Of a stretch of DNA of 64,000 nucleotides, positions 1 through 13,684 are shown one piece after another. Each line of letters begins with the position of its first letter. Within the stretch, counting starts at the first letter, position 1. A program made the position numbers and the translations under genes. Source of the DNA: the human T2T-CHM13v2.0 reference genome, Homo sapiens; NCBI RefSeq assembly GCF_009914755.1, contig NC_060927.1; one strand, given 5' to 3'. The notes beneath the pieces are model-generated. The model worked only from the letters and a program-made list of their open reading frames with translations, had not been told where the DNA came from and did not search any database.

Positions 1-293
1 TTTTCTGGAACTAGACAGTCCCATCTAGGGGTGATGGGACACAGTGACAGATCATCAGGCATCAGATTCTCATAACAAGTATGCAACCTAGATCCCTCAT
101 ATGTGCAGTTCACAGCAGGATTTGCATTCCTGTAAGAACGTAATTCCACAACTGATCTGACAGGAGAAGGAGCTCAGTCAGTAATGTGAGCCATGGGGAG
201 TGGCTGTAAATACAAAAGAAGCTTCTTGTGGTTGCCCACCGCTCACCTCCTGCTGTTTGCACCCATACCAGTCCTGGAGGTTGGAGACCCCCG
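1..293. mobile_element. MER1-type hAT-Charlie DNA transposon fragment, cut by the window start
   Basis: Resembles recalled MER1A consensus motifs (gacagatcatcaggcat..agattctcataa..caacctagatccctc; actgatctgacagga; ends ggttggagacccc). Confidence 0.7.
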
Positions 294-687
294 CTTTAAA
301 CTATTCAGGATCTAAATATGTTGCCCTCTTTTGAGCTATGACTCTTATGCTCTGTTACTTTAAGTATGTACTAAATTAATACATGATTTTTTAAACATCA
401 TTTTCAGCCCTTGTACAGAAGAATCAAGAGCAGAGGAAATAATTTCTGTATATGGCATGATCTAGAAGTTAATTAAGTGAGTGGGAAAAGGGATTCCAGG
501 ATTCTATTTCTGTGTCTCTGATTCTGGGTTTTGAAACGACATCTAACCTCACTACATGTCAATTTTCTCTCCTGCTGAATACAGTTAGAAGGAAAAAAAA
601 CACTTCTCAAAGGTGTGGTGCTGTTTCGTTAAGGATTGTGATTGTCAGATGAAAGCCCCTATCATCAGTGTTCTTTATTTTCTTCAG

Positions 688-870
688 CGGTGGTCATAAT
701 TTTTAAAAAGGAAATGGACCCAGTGACTCAGCTCTATACCATGACTTCCACCCTGGAGTACAAGACAACCAAGGCTGACATACAAATGCCATTCACCTGC
801 TCGGTGACATATTATGGACCATCTGGCCAGAAAACAATTCATTCTGAACAGGCAGTATTTGATATTTACT
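688..870 (+). CDS. ALCAM: ALCAM exon 6 (C-terminal part of Ig V-type domain 2)
   Basis: ttcag| acceptor and |gtaagt donor; 183 nt; encodes (A)VVIIFKKEMDPVTQLYTMTSTLEYKTTKADIQMPFTCSVTYYGPSGQKTIHSEQAVFDIY, matching human ALCAM. Confidence 0.97.
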
Positions 871-1479
871 GTAAGTAATTCAATATATAATTATGCTATT
901 TAATGTATTAGAAATAATATTCAAATGCTATTAATCTTTGAGGTCCCAATCCAATTACTCTTTGAATTCTGCTTCCAGTCTGCACCCCAAATTGATGGCA
1001 CCCAAATAATCTCTTCCTCTTTAGGAGACCATAGCATGAATAAACATTTATCCATCCTATAATATCTTTCACTCTCTACATTTTATCTATGAGTGTCTCT
1101 TCTGAATTCCACTACACACTAAGTTCTTTAAAGATAAGATCTATAACTTATTTTCTGGATGAATGACAGACAAATATAGACTTTAACTGGCTTTCTAAAT
1201 AAGAGATTACCATTTTAATGAAGAAATTTATTTTAATAATAAGATCAATTGCATAAGTTTGATAGGATGTTGTATTACAAGACATTTTACTTAACTAAAT
1301 TGTGTATTTGAAACAGAGTATTTGTCTACAAAGGAATCTTCATGGTCATCTGTTCTAACTTCATTATTTTAGTTAGTAAAGTGAGGCACAGAGTCTTGCC
1401 CTAAATTAGCTGTAGATATTAGAATAGAATCTTTTTCTCCATTGCTGTGCTTTCCTTGTAAGACAGGTGCCAAGATAAT

Positions 1480-1660
1480 CTAATGATTAGAAGCAAAAAT
1501 TCTGGAATTCTAGTCCCAGCATTATCAATTACCATTTCTTGAAAAGTAGCTTAATTACTCTACATCTCAGTTTTCTTACTTTAAAATGGGAAAAATATAA
1601 TACCTAACTGATAGTGTTGTTATAGAGAGTAAGTGAAATCACAAATCAAAAATAGCATGC
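1480..1660. mobile_element. MIR SINE fragment
   Basis: MIR core-like motif ctcagttttcttactttaaaatggg...aatacct; boundaries approximate. Confidence 0.55.
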
Positions 1661-2115
1661 TACATCACACATTAAATTGTCATTATTAAGTACTTTATTA
1701 TTATTATTATATGGTCATTATCACAATATAAACATAGAGCTGAAGATATTTGGGGGGAAAATGCAATAAAGGATTTTCTTCTTATTATTAATTTATCTAA
1801 AATTTTTGTGATACTGGCATGTGTTCTACAGTAACCTAGCACTTCTACATCTATTTTAGAGAAAAGCCAGGAATGCCTGCTGAGCCTTTTGAAAGAATCA
1901 CCTCACCTACATTTCTTTTTTTGGTTCCCTAGGGCACAATATCTTATATGAGAACAAAAGTGAAATTCTTCCAAAGTTGCCCTAATATTAAAAGGTAGTT
2001 TTGCCTTAAACTTGGGAAATAAGTTTCAACTTGATTTAAACCCAAGAAATTAATATTTCATTATGTATAGCTTATCTAAAATCAAACTTTTTTAGGTGAA
2101 GGCAGAATTCTTTCT

Positions 2116-2418
<303 letters not shown>

Positions 2419-2859
2419 CAGAATTCTTTCTGTTAGAAATATTCAATTGGAAATAAACCATATTAGTGTAAGTGTAGGTGTACAACACAGGAGAGAACAT
2501 CAAGATAAGTAATAAGAATTGGGAAATTGGCTTCAGAAAGAATAGAAATATCTGTGAGTATGAGGCATGCAGAGTTGGGTAGACGGAGAAGTTCTTGAAT
2601 GGATACGAAGAAAATGATTTTATCATGCTGGCTGTGTAAGGTGCACTTGTCATGGCTTTTAAGAAGCCACAGTGGGCTTCATGGTGAAAACACGAAGCAC
2701 AAAGAAGCAGTTTAAGACAGTCCTCACATTCAAGGAGTGTACTACTCCAGTAGAGAAACAAGACACCTACATCAGAAGGAAATTGCCAATGCAAGGTTGT
2801 AAGGGTAAAAGTCTTAGGAACTCAGTATTAAGAGTCTTGAGGGCTCAGGTGCCCAAGGA

Positions 2860-3047
2860 CAGTGGTTCTCAAACTGTAGTGTAAATCAGAAGAACATGAA
2901 GGACTTGTTAGAGCACAGATTACTGCACCCTGGCCTTGAGTTTCTGATTTAGTGGGTATAGGACGGTGATTGACACTCTGCATTTGTAACAAATTCCCTG
3001 ATGGTGCTAATGCTGCTGATCTGAGGACTACGAGTGGAGAACCACTG
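2860..3047. mobile_element. MER5A-type hAT-Charlie MITE
   Basis: Terminal inverted repeats CAGTGGTTCTC...GAGAACCACTG, ~190 bp, internal tctgcatt...aacaa motif. Confidence 0.85.
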
Positions 3048-5999
3048 CTCTAGGAAGACTTCAGAGAACAGAAGAAGAGTGCTAAATGGAAAGGAGAGAC
3101 GAGTCCATTTCAAGAAAAAAAAATTGGCCAATTCATCTTGAGAAAGCTTGAGAAAAATGCACCAGTCCACTCCTTTCTTACCCTATTCAATCAGTAACGA
3201 GGTTTTAGAGAATCTAGCTCTTTAATCTTTGTTTTGATCTGATTTCTGCCTTCTGACACTGCCTACGTTTATGCCACCATTCCTCATTGCCTCTATTCCT
3301 GCGATGGATTTCAAAGTAGTATTTTTCCAATGAATTGCAAAATAGTATTTCTCTTGTCTGCCCACCATTCTCTGTTCACCCCCAAATAAACTGCCCTCCA
3401 AACTGCTGCCAGAAATATTTTTCTAAAACACAAATGTGACAAAAACTTCTCAGTGACTCCCCAGAGCTCTCAGATTAATATCCTTCCCCCTCCCCCAATT
3501 GCAGTATGCCTTGAGTTCGTTTTAGCCATGGTCCTACAGTATGTCTCAACCCTCATCACTGCCTGTATCCACTGTGGTCTGTTCTACTTTCCAGATTCCT
3601 TCTGTAGAGTAATACTTACATGCCTATGCATATGCTGTCATTTTCCCACCTTTATCATTTAGCAAACACCCATTTATGTGTCAAAACCCAGCTCCAGGGT
3701 CAGTTCCTCCAGGAAGCTTCCTAGTCTCATGTAATGATGGCTACCAGGATCCCTATGCTTGTGTCATATGCAGGTTTTATGTGGTCATACTCTTAATTAT
3801 TAAGTTTGGTGTCTTTACAAATAGAGGAAAAGTTCATTGAGGCAGGGTTTTCAACTTCCTAATTCCAGCACTTAAGGCTTGCACAATATAGATGCCAAAC
3901 AAATGAATAAATGAAGAAGGACTGTAGGATAAATAAATACATGAAAAGAAAATTTCAGCAGACAGTTTTGGTTATTTTGTAGGGGTTTATGTAGCAGAGT
4001 AAGAGAGAAGACTCTCACTTGAGCTGGGTTCAAGCCAAATTGTGGATACCAGGCTAAGGAATTTTTATTTTTAATCTTCATATGTTGGGAATGTGTAACA
4101 GATTTTGAGTATCATTGTAATATTCAAAGCGCTACTTCAGAAAACAGATTCAGAGGAAATATATATGAAAGGATCAAAAGGAAGGAGACTCAAGGTGAGG
4201 AACCAAGTGAAATTTGATGGCATTGCTTCAAGTTTAGGTTAATTAGGACATGGACTAGGGAAGTGTTAGTGAGAATAGAAGGGGAGAATCAGACCCAAAA
4301 TATATTGTAAAGTATTAATCATCAAGACATGGTGACTGAATGGATAAGAGAGGGCAAAGGAGAAAGCCAGGGCAATGGGCAAAATGATGATTTACTAGTG
4401 GGCAGAGTAAAATTCAAAGTCAGGGGCAAACGCAGAGCAAGGGATCCTTAACTTTGAGGTAAACACGTTAGTGGACATGCAGAGAGTTACTGTCAAAACG
4501 CAAATGTGTTACATTAACCCTTTGATGACTCTCTAATACAAAGCGGAGCCTATTGAAAAGGGAACACAGAGAAGGGGAGTTTTAAAATAGAGAAGGAAGT
4601 CAGAGATTGCCATCCCTGGCTGTTCTGTTGTGTCAACCTTGATCAGAGATGTGCCACAGTGACATGCCACAGGCCAAACATGAGCACTAGTCAGAGAAGG
4701 GCCAAGTAAGAAAAGCAAGAGAGGCCCGGAAACGGAAGGTCAGCAGGGCACCAAAACCAGATTTTATTTACTTTTCAACCTCACCGGAAACTGCTGGTTA
4801 GGAAACTACTTCAGGCAAATCCAGAAAAACAAATAAGAAATGTATTAAATCAATCACCGTTTAACCTCAGAATGTACTGGACAAGTATTCAGAGATGCCC
4901 AAGCATAGAGAAAAGGCAAAGAAACAATCTATAACAAACTTCTAAGTTTTTTTATCTGCACTTTATCTATAGAAAGGTAAATAAATGACCGCAAGAGATA
5001 GAACAAAGCCTCCAAAAGTATAACTTACTCATTTCACTTGTTAGCTAATAAAAAAAATAGGTTTTCATAGATAATTTTTAGTGCCACCAGTTTGGAAATA
5101 TATACACATGCCTCAATAATTATTAAGTCTTGTGGAAAACATTCTATAAAACATACCTTTGCATTATATGATTTCAAAATTTATTATTCATTGTATTATC
5201 CAGCAACATAACAAATGGATAGGTTAGTGGATCATTTCTAACTGCCAGCACCACTTCATTTTATTTCCTGTTTGCTAGATATGGTTCACTGTATCCAGCA
5301 TTTAATTTCATTAGCATTCTACTATTGAGTGCTGAAGCATACCCTTTAGCCCTATTTTCTCCATAAATTGACCAAAATGGAATGAAAGTTGCATCTTGGC
5401 TCCAATGAACAGGACAAAATTACAATACACTTACAGTCCTGTTGATTGTGTCAAGGTTCTCCCTCAGTTCATAGGATTCATCTTTTTTTAAGCAGATCTT
5501 CTCTCCTGCATGCCAAAATCCTCGCTGGTGTTGTTTAGCTCATGTCTCCTCTTTTTATTTCATATGAAGTATTATCATGCAATATGAGTACAGTGGCATC
5601 TAATAGCTTTAGCTATTTGCTAGCTGATTTTTGTCCTTCCAAACTATAAGATTCATATAATATATAATTAAATTTCCCTATCATAAAGCCATGCAGTTTG
5701 ATTGTTCCTATGGTCTTTTATACATAAAATAATTACCACCATTCCTACCTCAGTTAAAGACATTTTGCTAAGAAGAAATTGATTTTTATGTAACAGGGTT
5801 TCTTTGTAGTTGGCCCTAAGATTAGTACTTGTATAGCAAGTAGCTATTAGCTTCAATCCTTCTATAAAAAGGTATATTTAAGCAATTACCATTACTAGCT
5901 TCTTGAGAAAATTATGTATAATTTAGTCATTTACATTGTATGCACAGAGTAATTCGGTACTTGACAAAAATGGTTAACTTGTGTCTGTAACTCTTACAG

Positions 6000-6127
6000 A
6001 TCCTACAGAGCAGGTGACAATACAAGTGCTGCCACCAAAAAGTGCCATCAAAGAAGGGGATAACATCACTCTTAAATGCTTAGGGAATGGCAACCCTCCC
6101 CCAGAGGAATTTTTGTTTTACTTACCA
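6000..6127 (+). CDS. ALCAM: ALCAM exon 7 (Ig C2-1, first half)
   Basis: ttacag| ... |gtaagt; 128 nt; (Y)PTEQVTIQVLPPKSAIKEGDNITLKCLGNGNPPPEEFLFYLP. Confidence 0.97.
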
Positions 6128-7653
6128 GTAAGTGCTTAAGTATTACTTCAGTTGGATGACTATCATTTTTCCTGTTGTTTGACTTCTACATGGATAGATT
6201 AAGTGAGAAAAAATGTTATTGCTGGAGACAAGAGACGCCACCTATAAAATGTCACGTGGAAGCTTTTTCTGCACCTGCCACTGTTCTTGCCTTTTTTCTC
6301 AATGCTGAGAGATTTCAAGGACAAAGAGAAAAAAAAGCCAACCACAGGAAACCATAATTGCAAAAACTTAAAGTTTAATTATCCAAATAAACTTTAAGAA
6401 TCTGCTCCTCAGAAGCAGATAACTACAAAATGAAAACTGATGACAGTGAATGAACTGATGTGGATTCTAAATCTGCCCACAACATTGCCCCAAACACACC
6501 TCTAACCCTCAGAAGTAGGGATAGTTCTGTTGCACGTTATATTTAGGATAATGCTATGGCTCTTTTTTGGTCATTATGTATAATCATGAAATGCCATTTC
6601 CTCAACTTTTCTCCATATCATAGCTGAAGGAAATGATATGCATAGAGGATACTTTGGAAAATTCCTCTCGGATGTGCTCTGCATGTCATAAGGATCTGGA
6701 AGCAGACAAGGAGAGAGCTCGCTCTGAGGATGCCTGTTTGCTCTCGCATATCTTTGTGTTTGACATCACTTTCACATTGAGGGAAGCCATAATGCAACTC
6801 AATACTGCATTTACTGCAGGGTTGTGCTTACAAATTTCATCTACCACAGTACTCAATAGTATTTAAGAATGTCATTCACTACATTATTCAGAAGACTAGT
6901 ATAAGTAATTTCTTTATGCTGACAGAAAACTTTGTTTCTCCCAATGAATTAATTGCTGTTTTTGTTTCCTTTGCGAAGGAAAATTTAAAACTAATTAGGT
7001 TTCTGCTTTGGCTATCGGGGATGACAGAGCCAAATTTGTGTCTCAGTTTTAGCAATAATACCTGCTGAATATCTTTCTTTGTTAACTTATATTATTCCTA
7101 CATCATCTATATTTTTCCTAGTCTTAATTTAATTTCTTTTTTTCTTTTGTCATTTTCTTTTTTTCTTCTCCTCTCTCTCTTCCTTTCCCCTTTCTTTCTT
7201 TCTCATTCTTCTCATTTCATCCTTTCTTCCTTTTTACTTTCCTTCCTTCCTTCTTTCCTTCCTTTTATGTTTTTTCTTTTAATCTGGATATATAGTGTAT
7301 TTCCTTTTAAGCTGCCTCAAATATTTTTGTCAAATTACATAAGGCATAAATATAAAAATAAAACATTGGACTTTTTAAAAATGCCCTTGAAACTTGAGCA
7401 AAAGCCATGCTGTCAATAAAATAAAAGTCATCAATAGAAAATAAATCAGCTCTCAAATTCCTTAGGTCCAAAATATTAATTATTTGCCCAGGAATCAGAT
7501 ATTGGTAACACAAACTGTACTCTTTTTGTGTGATCAATGAAACACATTCCCTTTTTTATCTTACTTGATAAAATGCTATCTTCATCAAGAAATACAACTG
7601 TTCTCATTGTAGCGACCAAGTATAATCATCTGACATTTTGCCTCTATCAAAAG

Positions 7654-7786
7654 GGACAGCCCGAAGGAATAAGAAGCTCAAATACTTACACACTGACGGA
7701 TGTGAGGCGCAATGCAACAGGAGACTACAAGTGTTCCCTGATAGACAAAAAAAGCATGATTGCTTCAACAGCCATCACAGTTCACT
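7654..7786 (+). CDS. ALCAM: ALCAM exon 8 (Ig C2-1, second half)
   Basis: caaaag| acceptor, |gtaagt donor; 133 nt; GQPEGIRSSNTYTLTDVRRNATGDYKCSLIDKKSMIASTAITVH. Confidence 0.97.
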
Positions 7787-10700
7787 GTAAGTCACCTACT
7801 TCTTCATCAGCAGCTTCACCTCAAAGGCTTCTAATAGCTTAATGTAGCTATCTTTTCAAATAAACTGCACGTATATCTTTCTTAAATAACTTGGTTGCAA
7901 TAGATGCAGTAGAGAGAGAAAGCATCGGGATAAGCTCAACTTTGTCCAGATTTGTACTGCAATATTGAAACCTTTCATGGCTCTGATAACCGCAACTTTT
8001 GGCAGTGGTACATCTCCATCTTCTTTCTAAGTGTCTTCAATTTGTGGTGTCAATGAACAATATTCATATAGACCTTAAAGAAACAACTCTGTATATTTTA
8101 AGAAAACATTTCCATGTTCTTGAAGTGCACCAGCTTTGCAGTTGACCCAGCATTATCATTTGTGTTACAGAATAAATTTAACACCCAAACTCAGACAATA
8201 CAAAGTTACTACAGACTCAGTTTTGGGAACAGGAAGTAGAGATCATTAGAAGTTATTTATTGGCTGAATGTACTCTATATAGAGGGGTAGGAAATTTCTG
8301 GAAACAGAACCTCTTGAAAATCACTGTGGACATAACTTTTTAACTTTTAATTTGCTTTTGATCTCCAAATACTCCAAAAATTATATTTGCCTCGGTGTAA
8401 CAGAAAAAGACACATGTAAATACCAGACATTTAACTTGAGTTCTTCATGACAGTCCATATTATTGATGTACCTGATGAATCATGGAAACAGTAAACTAAT
8501 TCATACCACACCCTGGTGACACTAGAATTCAGAGTGCTTTAAGCAAATGTCAGTCTTGCTTAGAGGTATAGTACAAACTTCCTAATAAGTCCTTTGCACT
8601 CAACAGTACCATTAATAAGGTTTCCTCTAGACATCATCCACTACAATCCCACTGAGTATAAAGAGACTTTAGAAATTGTCTTGAGTACATAGTTCTAACT
8701 CTTTCATTTGACTCATAATACTTTAAAAACATGTGGGATATGAGCTAAATTTTTGAGAGAGATACAGGGAGGTACATTGGGGAATAAAGCAACCAGATGG
8801 TTGCTTCTGATTGTCTGATGTTGGGAGTGCTCCCTTGAGAGCCCTGTAAAAATAGTGGACTGTTATGTTCACAGCTGGGCCATTTCTCCATTTACTCCTT
8901 GCTTATGTTGCTTGGGTTTGAATGTGTCTACCATCAGGGGCTAGTTACAGAGAAAGCAGTAGCTTCCAGTATAACAATATTATCCAGTCCTGTTCCATGA
9001 AAATAAAATAATGAAGAAAGAGAATATAGCCAGCAGATAGAACCATATGTGGAATAGCTAGCTCTCTATTATCATTGCTCATGATGTCTTTGGGCCAATA
9101 ATCAATAATCTAGTGCCTTAGAGATGGTGTGATGTGCTTATTTTTAAGAGATGCAAGGTACACAGGTCTCTAAAAGAAAAGGGCTCTTATTTACTTTACT
9201 TGTAGATAAGGCAGGGGAGGATAGATGGCAGACTGACAAAGCAAAAGACTTGGTTGCAGCCATATAGTGCCTACGTGTTTGGCTGTGATGGGGGAAAATT
9301 AAACAAAAGTGTGTAAAAGTTTAATTGGATTTTAGTGCATTTAATTAGATTTAAATGCATCTTGGTTTTGACAGGTAGACTCTAACACTGGGTTTTAACT
9401 CTGTTGCTGACTCTGTTCCTCCTCAAAAGCTGAAAAAAAGTATTTCAAGTAAATCAACATCTGATTCTAAATTATATGGAAACATAAAAATCCTATTTTT
9501 ACCCACTTATCTTTGATTGCTTGCTTATTTTCCAAAAACAAGATTTGTTTCCTTTTCAAACATGTCTAAAGGAAGTGTGGGTAGAGAAGCGCCAACCCAT
9601 TCTTGCACATGTTTGCAGAATAGACTGCTCATCAAGTCTCACAGCCTACAAATTCCTAGTTGCTGATGAAAGTCACTGTTTCCCTGCCAATATATGCACA
9701 CATAGAGTCTTCATCAGAGCTTTCAAAGTCCATCATTGTCCTGTAAAATTGTTTATCTCCTCTCTGGAAAATTAGCTATCCAGCTAACAAAAACTTCTAA
9801 CTCATCCAGAATAAAATTTTCATCTAAATACAATTCACCCAAATGTTCCAAGGAAACTCCACTTTTCTACATGTTGGTACATGGTTTCATATTAATGAGA
9901 AATTGAGAAAGCATGCTCCTTCCCTTCATTCATTCAATAGTAATGTTTGAGAGTCTACCATGTCTCAGCCACTGTGGATATATCAGTGACAAACCAAGTC
10001 ACAATCACTACCCTCATGGTGCTTTCAGTCTGATAGGAGAGACAAACTTTAAAAATGATGTTGCAGTCAACAAGTTGCAATTATGACATTTTAAACCAAG
10101 GAGAAACTTGGAGTGTAATGGCAAGTCTTCATACTGTAGAACAAAGACACAACTCCTAGTGTGGCAAGCATGGTCCTCTTCAGTCTGGTCTCAATGAATT
10201 GTATGAGTTTAACTTCCATGAGTTGTCACCACTTATACCCAATTACTCACCATTACAAAATCTGCCAAGCTTTCTCATCTCTTCACCTTTGCTTATGTGA
10301 CCAAAGTTTTCCTTACATCTTCCCCTATCAAAGTCCTTCTCAACCATCAGAGGCCACGAACATATAGTGTTCCCTTTACAAAGCCTTTATTACTGCTTTG
10401 AAACCCAGTTTGGCTCTGTTCTCTATACTTCCATTAAGTCTTCATTTGTACCTCTGTTTCTAGCCTGCCTTTCATCTTTCAACAAATATTTAGTGAACTC
10501 CAAATCAGTGTCAGGTTTGCTACTAGGTGCTGATTTTATGGGCTGTGTGTTATAGTCAGCATAGTACCTCTACCTCATTGACTTATAAGGTCATTATTTA
10601 TCTCTGCATCTCTCATCAGTGCTTGGGACTTAGTAGCTGTACAATAAATACTTGTTCAGTTGAGTTGGAATTTTCTCATACAGATCAGACTATGACAGTA

Positions 10701-11243
10701 AGATTTTTATAAAGATTGTTTTCCATCAACTGGATGAGAAATGGAATAGCACTTTTTAAAAATATCTGCTGCTATAGTAAATTCTCTCTGAAGAAACACA
10801 ACTACTATCTCATGGTTTTTCAATTTATCACCTGCTGTCTAAAGATGCTTGATTTTCCAACATTTATGCCTTACTGTCTCTTTATATAATATTTACCTAG
10901 TCATCATCTTTATTTTCTTCCAGAAGTGACTTAAGATTTTTTTTTCTTAAGGTGATAGGCCCTAGGGGAATATTTATATCCCCTCAAAATATCAATCACG
11001 TTAACTGCAAATAAATGGATAATCAATTAGATTGACCACTCTCTTGTCTAAACTAGTCTCAAGGCTGGCTTGAAAAACTAGGCTAATCATGCTATAGTCC
11101 AATTATTTTAGTCATATAAATCAGTTCTGAATGTTCAAATGCAGTTAGAAGAAATTTATTTTCTTTCATCTTTTCTTCTCCAAAATATTTTGACTATCTT
11201 ACATTTCAGAGTTAGCACTTTGAACAGATTTTCTGCTTCACAG

Positions 11244-11356
11244 ATTTGGATTTGTCCTTAAACCCAAGTGGAGAAGTGACTAGACAGATTGGTGATGCCC
11301 TACCCGTGTCATGCACAATATCTGCTAGCAGGAATGCAACTGTGGTATGGATGAAA
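11244..11356 (+). CDS. ALCAM: ALCAM exon 9 (Ig C2-2, first half)
   Basis: tcacag| ... |gtaagt; 113 nt; (Y)LDLSLNPSGEVTRQIGDALPVSCTISASRNATVVWMK. Confidence 0.97.
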
Positions 11357-13168
11357 GTAAGTAATATTTTTGGTACTACCCTGCTGTTTGGTTTGATTTC
11401 TTTTTAGGTTTCTTATGCACTTTATATTGTATTCAAGTAGGTATATTCATGGATGTGTTTATATACCAGCTCTCTCTCTCTCTCTGTTTCTGATAAGAGA
11501 AATAAAATAACAATAAAATTTTAGAGGTGCTCAACACGGTGACATCCATAATTGGTATTCTGAAACTTAGTTTGGGGTGTTATGTCAATTATGTGTATAT
11601 ACTAATTATACACACACCACACGCATGTGTGCACATACAAACATAGTTATATACCACAGGGCTTAATAATTTACAGTGTGTTTTTGCCCACATTATCCTT
11701 ACGTGATATTTACAACAACCCTGTGAAATACAAAGATTATTATTTTCCCCACATTCTTCATATAAAGAAATTGAAGGGAAATAAATCAGAAAGCTCATAA
11801 CTGACAGAGTAGAGACTCAAGGCCAGACCTTACTGAGTATGAATACTATGCTTTGATAAGACACCTTTTGTCTCTCTGCTGCTGAGACCACTCTTAAGTT
11901 TCTGAAAACAGGTTCCACTGGATCAAGGGCTCCTAGAAAGCAATCCCTTTTATCCCTGAGCTATAGTAGAATACCTGGAACATAGTAGGAGTTAATTCAG
12001 TATTCCCTGAACAAGTGCTTATACTCTTGTAATTGTCTGAAATGTAGGCCATTGGCTATCCTTTTAGAGTAAGGAAGTGTGACTGATAATTGGTGATTTG
12101 AGACAAGGTTATCACCAAAGGAAAAGGTTGTGATTGCGATCCCTCCACTTAAACCCTTGGCTAGTATATCCAAACTCCCAGTGCATTTGTTACCAGAGCA
12201 TGACATGTGACAAGAACCCTTAACCCATGATGGGTTCAGAAAACACACATACCATTTGAAATAGGAGTTGACAAGAATTACCTTTATAAGAAACTGTGGA
12301 GAAATATTTTTCTAGAGTTTCTTTTTGATGGAAATATATTGATGAAATTATTTTGTATTGCTTTACTGCCTGCCTTTTGATCCTTTTTAACACTCGATCC
12401 TCTGCTACTTGTTGTCTTACTCTGTGAGCTCAGTTTCTTATTGTACTCTCTTTCAGCCACAGCCTCATCACAACTTGTTCACTAAAATAAAGTGCCACTT
12501 CCTATGCTGCAATCTAGCATGATATGTTTGTAGTAATCAGTGATCACAAGGCTAGACAAGTTCTAGGCAACTAGACTAATTCATAATCATTTGAACACTC
12601 ATTGCATGTTTTACTATAGGACTAGAGAAACTAAGTTTACTGTGGTTTAAACTGTTTGTACAATCAACTGCAATCACTGTTATGAATTAACTGTCATGAA
12701 CAGCTCATGTATTCAAAATAGTGATGATCAGTATTCCCTGATTATTGGTTAGTTAATGGGGAGTGGGAAAAAATATCCTAATGGACAAAGACCACATAAT
12801 CTTAGGATTGTGTCTAGTTGCCTGCTTAGGAGCATTTCAATTCCTGACATAATAGGATTATTTTCTGTATATCAGGCTATTTTTTAAAATTAAATGATAC
12901 ATTTCCTTTGTTCATAGAAATTGGAATAGAACGCTTTCCAAATTATAAATTCAGTAAATGAAAGAGCGTGAAATAAAAATCTGACATGTCTGACTCTAAA
13001 ACAACAAAAGAAAAAGGAAATCTATTTTGAAAGCATCTGAAGTTAAGAAAAAGAAGTTTGCATTTATATTATTCCCAGAAGAATTGTTTTAGGCTTAATT
13101 ATTATCTAATAAATACACTGAGAATTTTAATTCTGCCACATGAGGTAATTTACTTTTTATTTAATCAG

Positions 13169-13304
13169 GATAACATCAGGCTTCGATCTAGCCCGTCATT
13201 TTCTAGTCTTCATTATCAGGATGCTGGAAACTATGTCTGCGAAACTGCTCTGCAGGAGGTTGAAGGACTAAAGAAAAGAGAGTCATTGACTCTCATTGTA
13301 GAAG
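13169..13304 (+). CDS. ALCAM: ALCAM exon 10 (Ig C2-2, second half)
   Basis: aatcag| ... |gtaata; 136 nt; DNIRLRSSPSFSSLHYQDAGNYVCETALQEVEGLKKRESLTLIVE. Confidence 0.97.
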
Positions 13305-13409
13305 GTAATAAAATACTTGGGCACTAATTCAAATTGTTCTTTGAGAATTTTTTACCTGGTTTCTTTTATGATCTCAGTTCAACATCTTATTTTAATTGTA
13401 ATATTTCAG

Positions 13410-13543
13410 GCAAACCTCAAATAAAAATGACAAAGAAAACTGATCCCAGTGGACTATCTAAAACAATAATCTGCCATGTGGAAGGTTTTCCAAAGCCAGC
13501 CATTCAATGGACAATTACTGGCAGTGGAAGCGTCATAAACCAA
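13410..13543 (+). CDS. ALCAM: ALCAM exon 11 (Ig C2-3, first half), ending at a non-canonical GC donor
   Basis: tttcag| after a 105-nt intron; 134 nt; (G)KPQIKMTKKTDPSGLSKTIICHVEGFPKPAIQWTITGSGSVINQ; donor CAA|GCAAGT is needed to give the known NQTEES peptide. Confidence 0.93.
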
Positions 13544-13615
13544 GCAAGTATTTGTCTTCTTGTTATATGCTGCACTTCGTCCAATGCGTTTTTTTTCCTT
13601 CACGAACCTACCCTA

Positions 13616-13684
13616 TAGGTTGGTTTGTTACCACATAAAATTTGCAGTGTGTAGGTTGGTTTGTTACCACATAGAATTTGCAGT
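13616..13684 (+). repeat. Tandem duplication, period 36
   Basis: taggttggtttgttaccacata(a/g)aatttgcagt at 13616-13648 and 13652-13684, one mismatch. Confidence 0.9.

Noticed and set aside
7130-7280. Hydrophobic F/L/S ORF resembling a membrane peptide
   Set aside because: It is a CT-rich low-complexity intronic tract.
7630-7654. Weak AAG acceptor of exon 8 as a sign of alternative splicing
   Set aside because: AAG acceptors are uncommon but valid, and the exon is 133 nt, so skipping would shift the frame. Nothing else supports regulation here.
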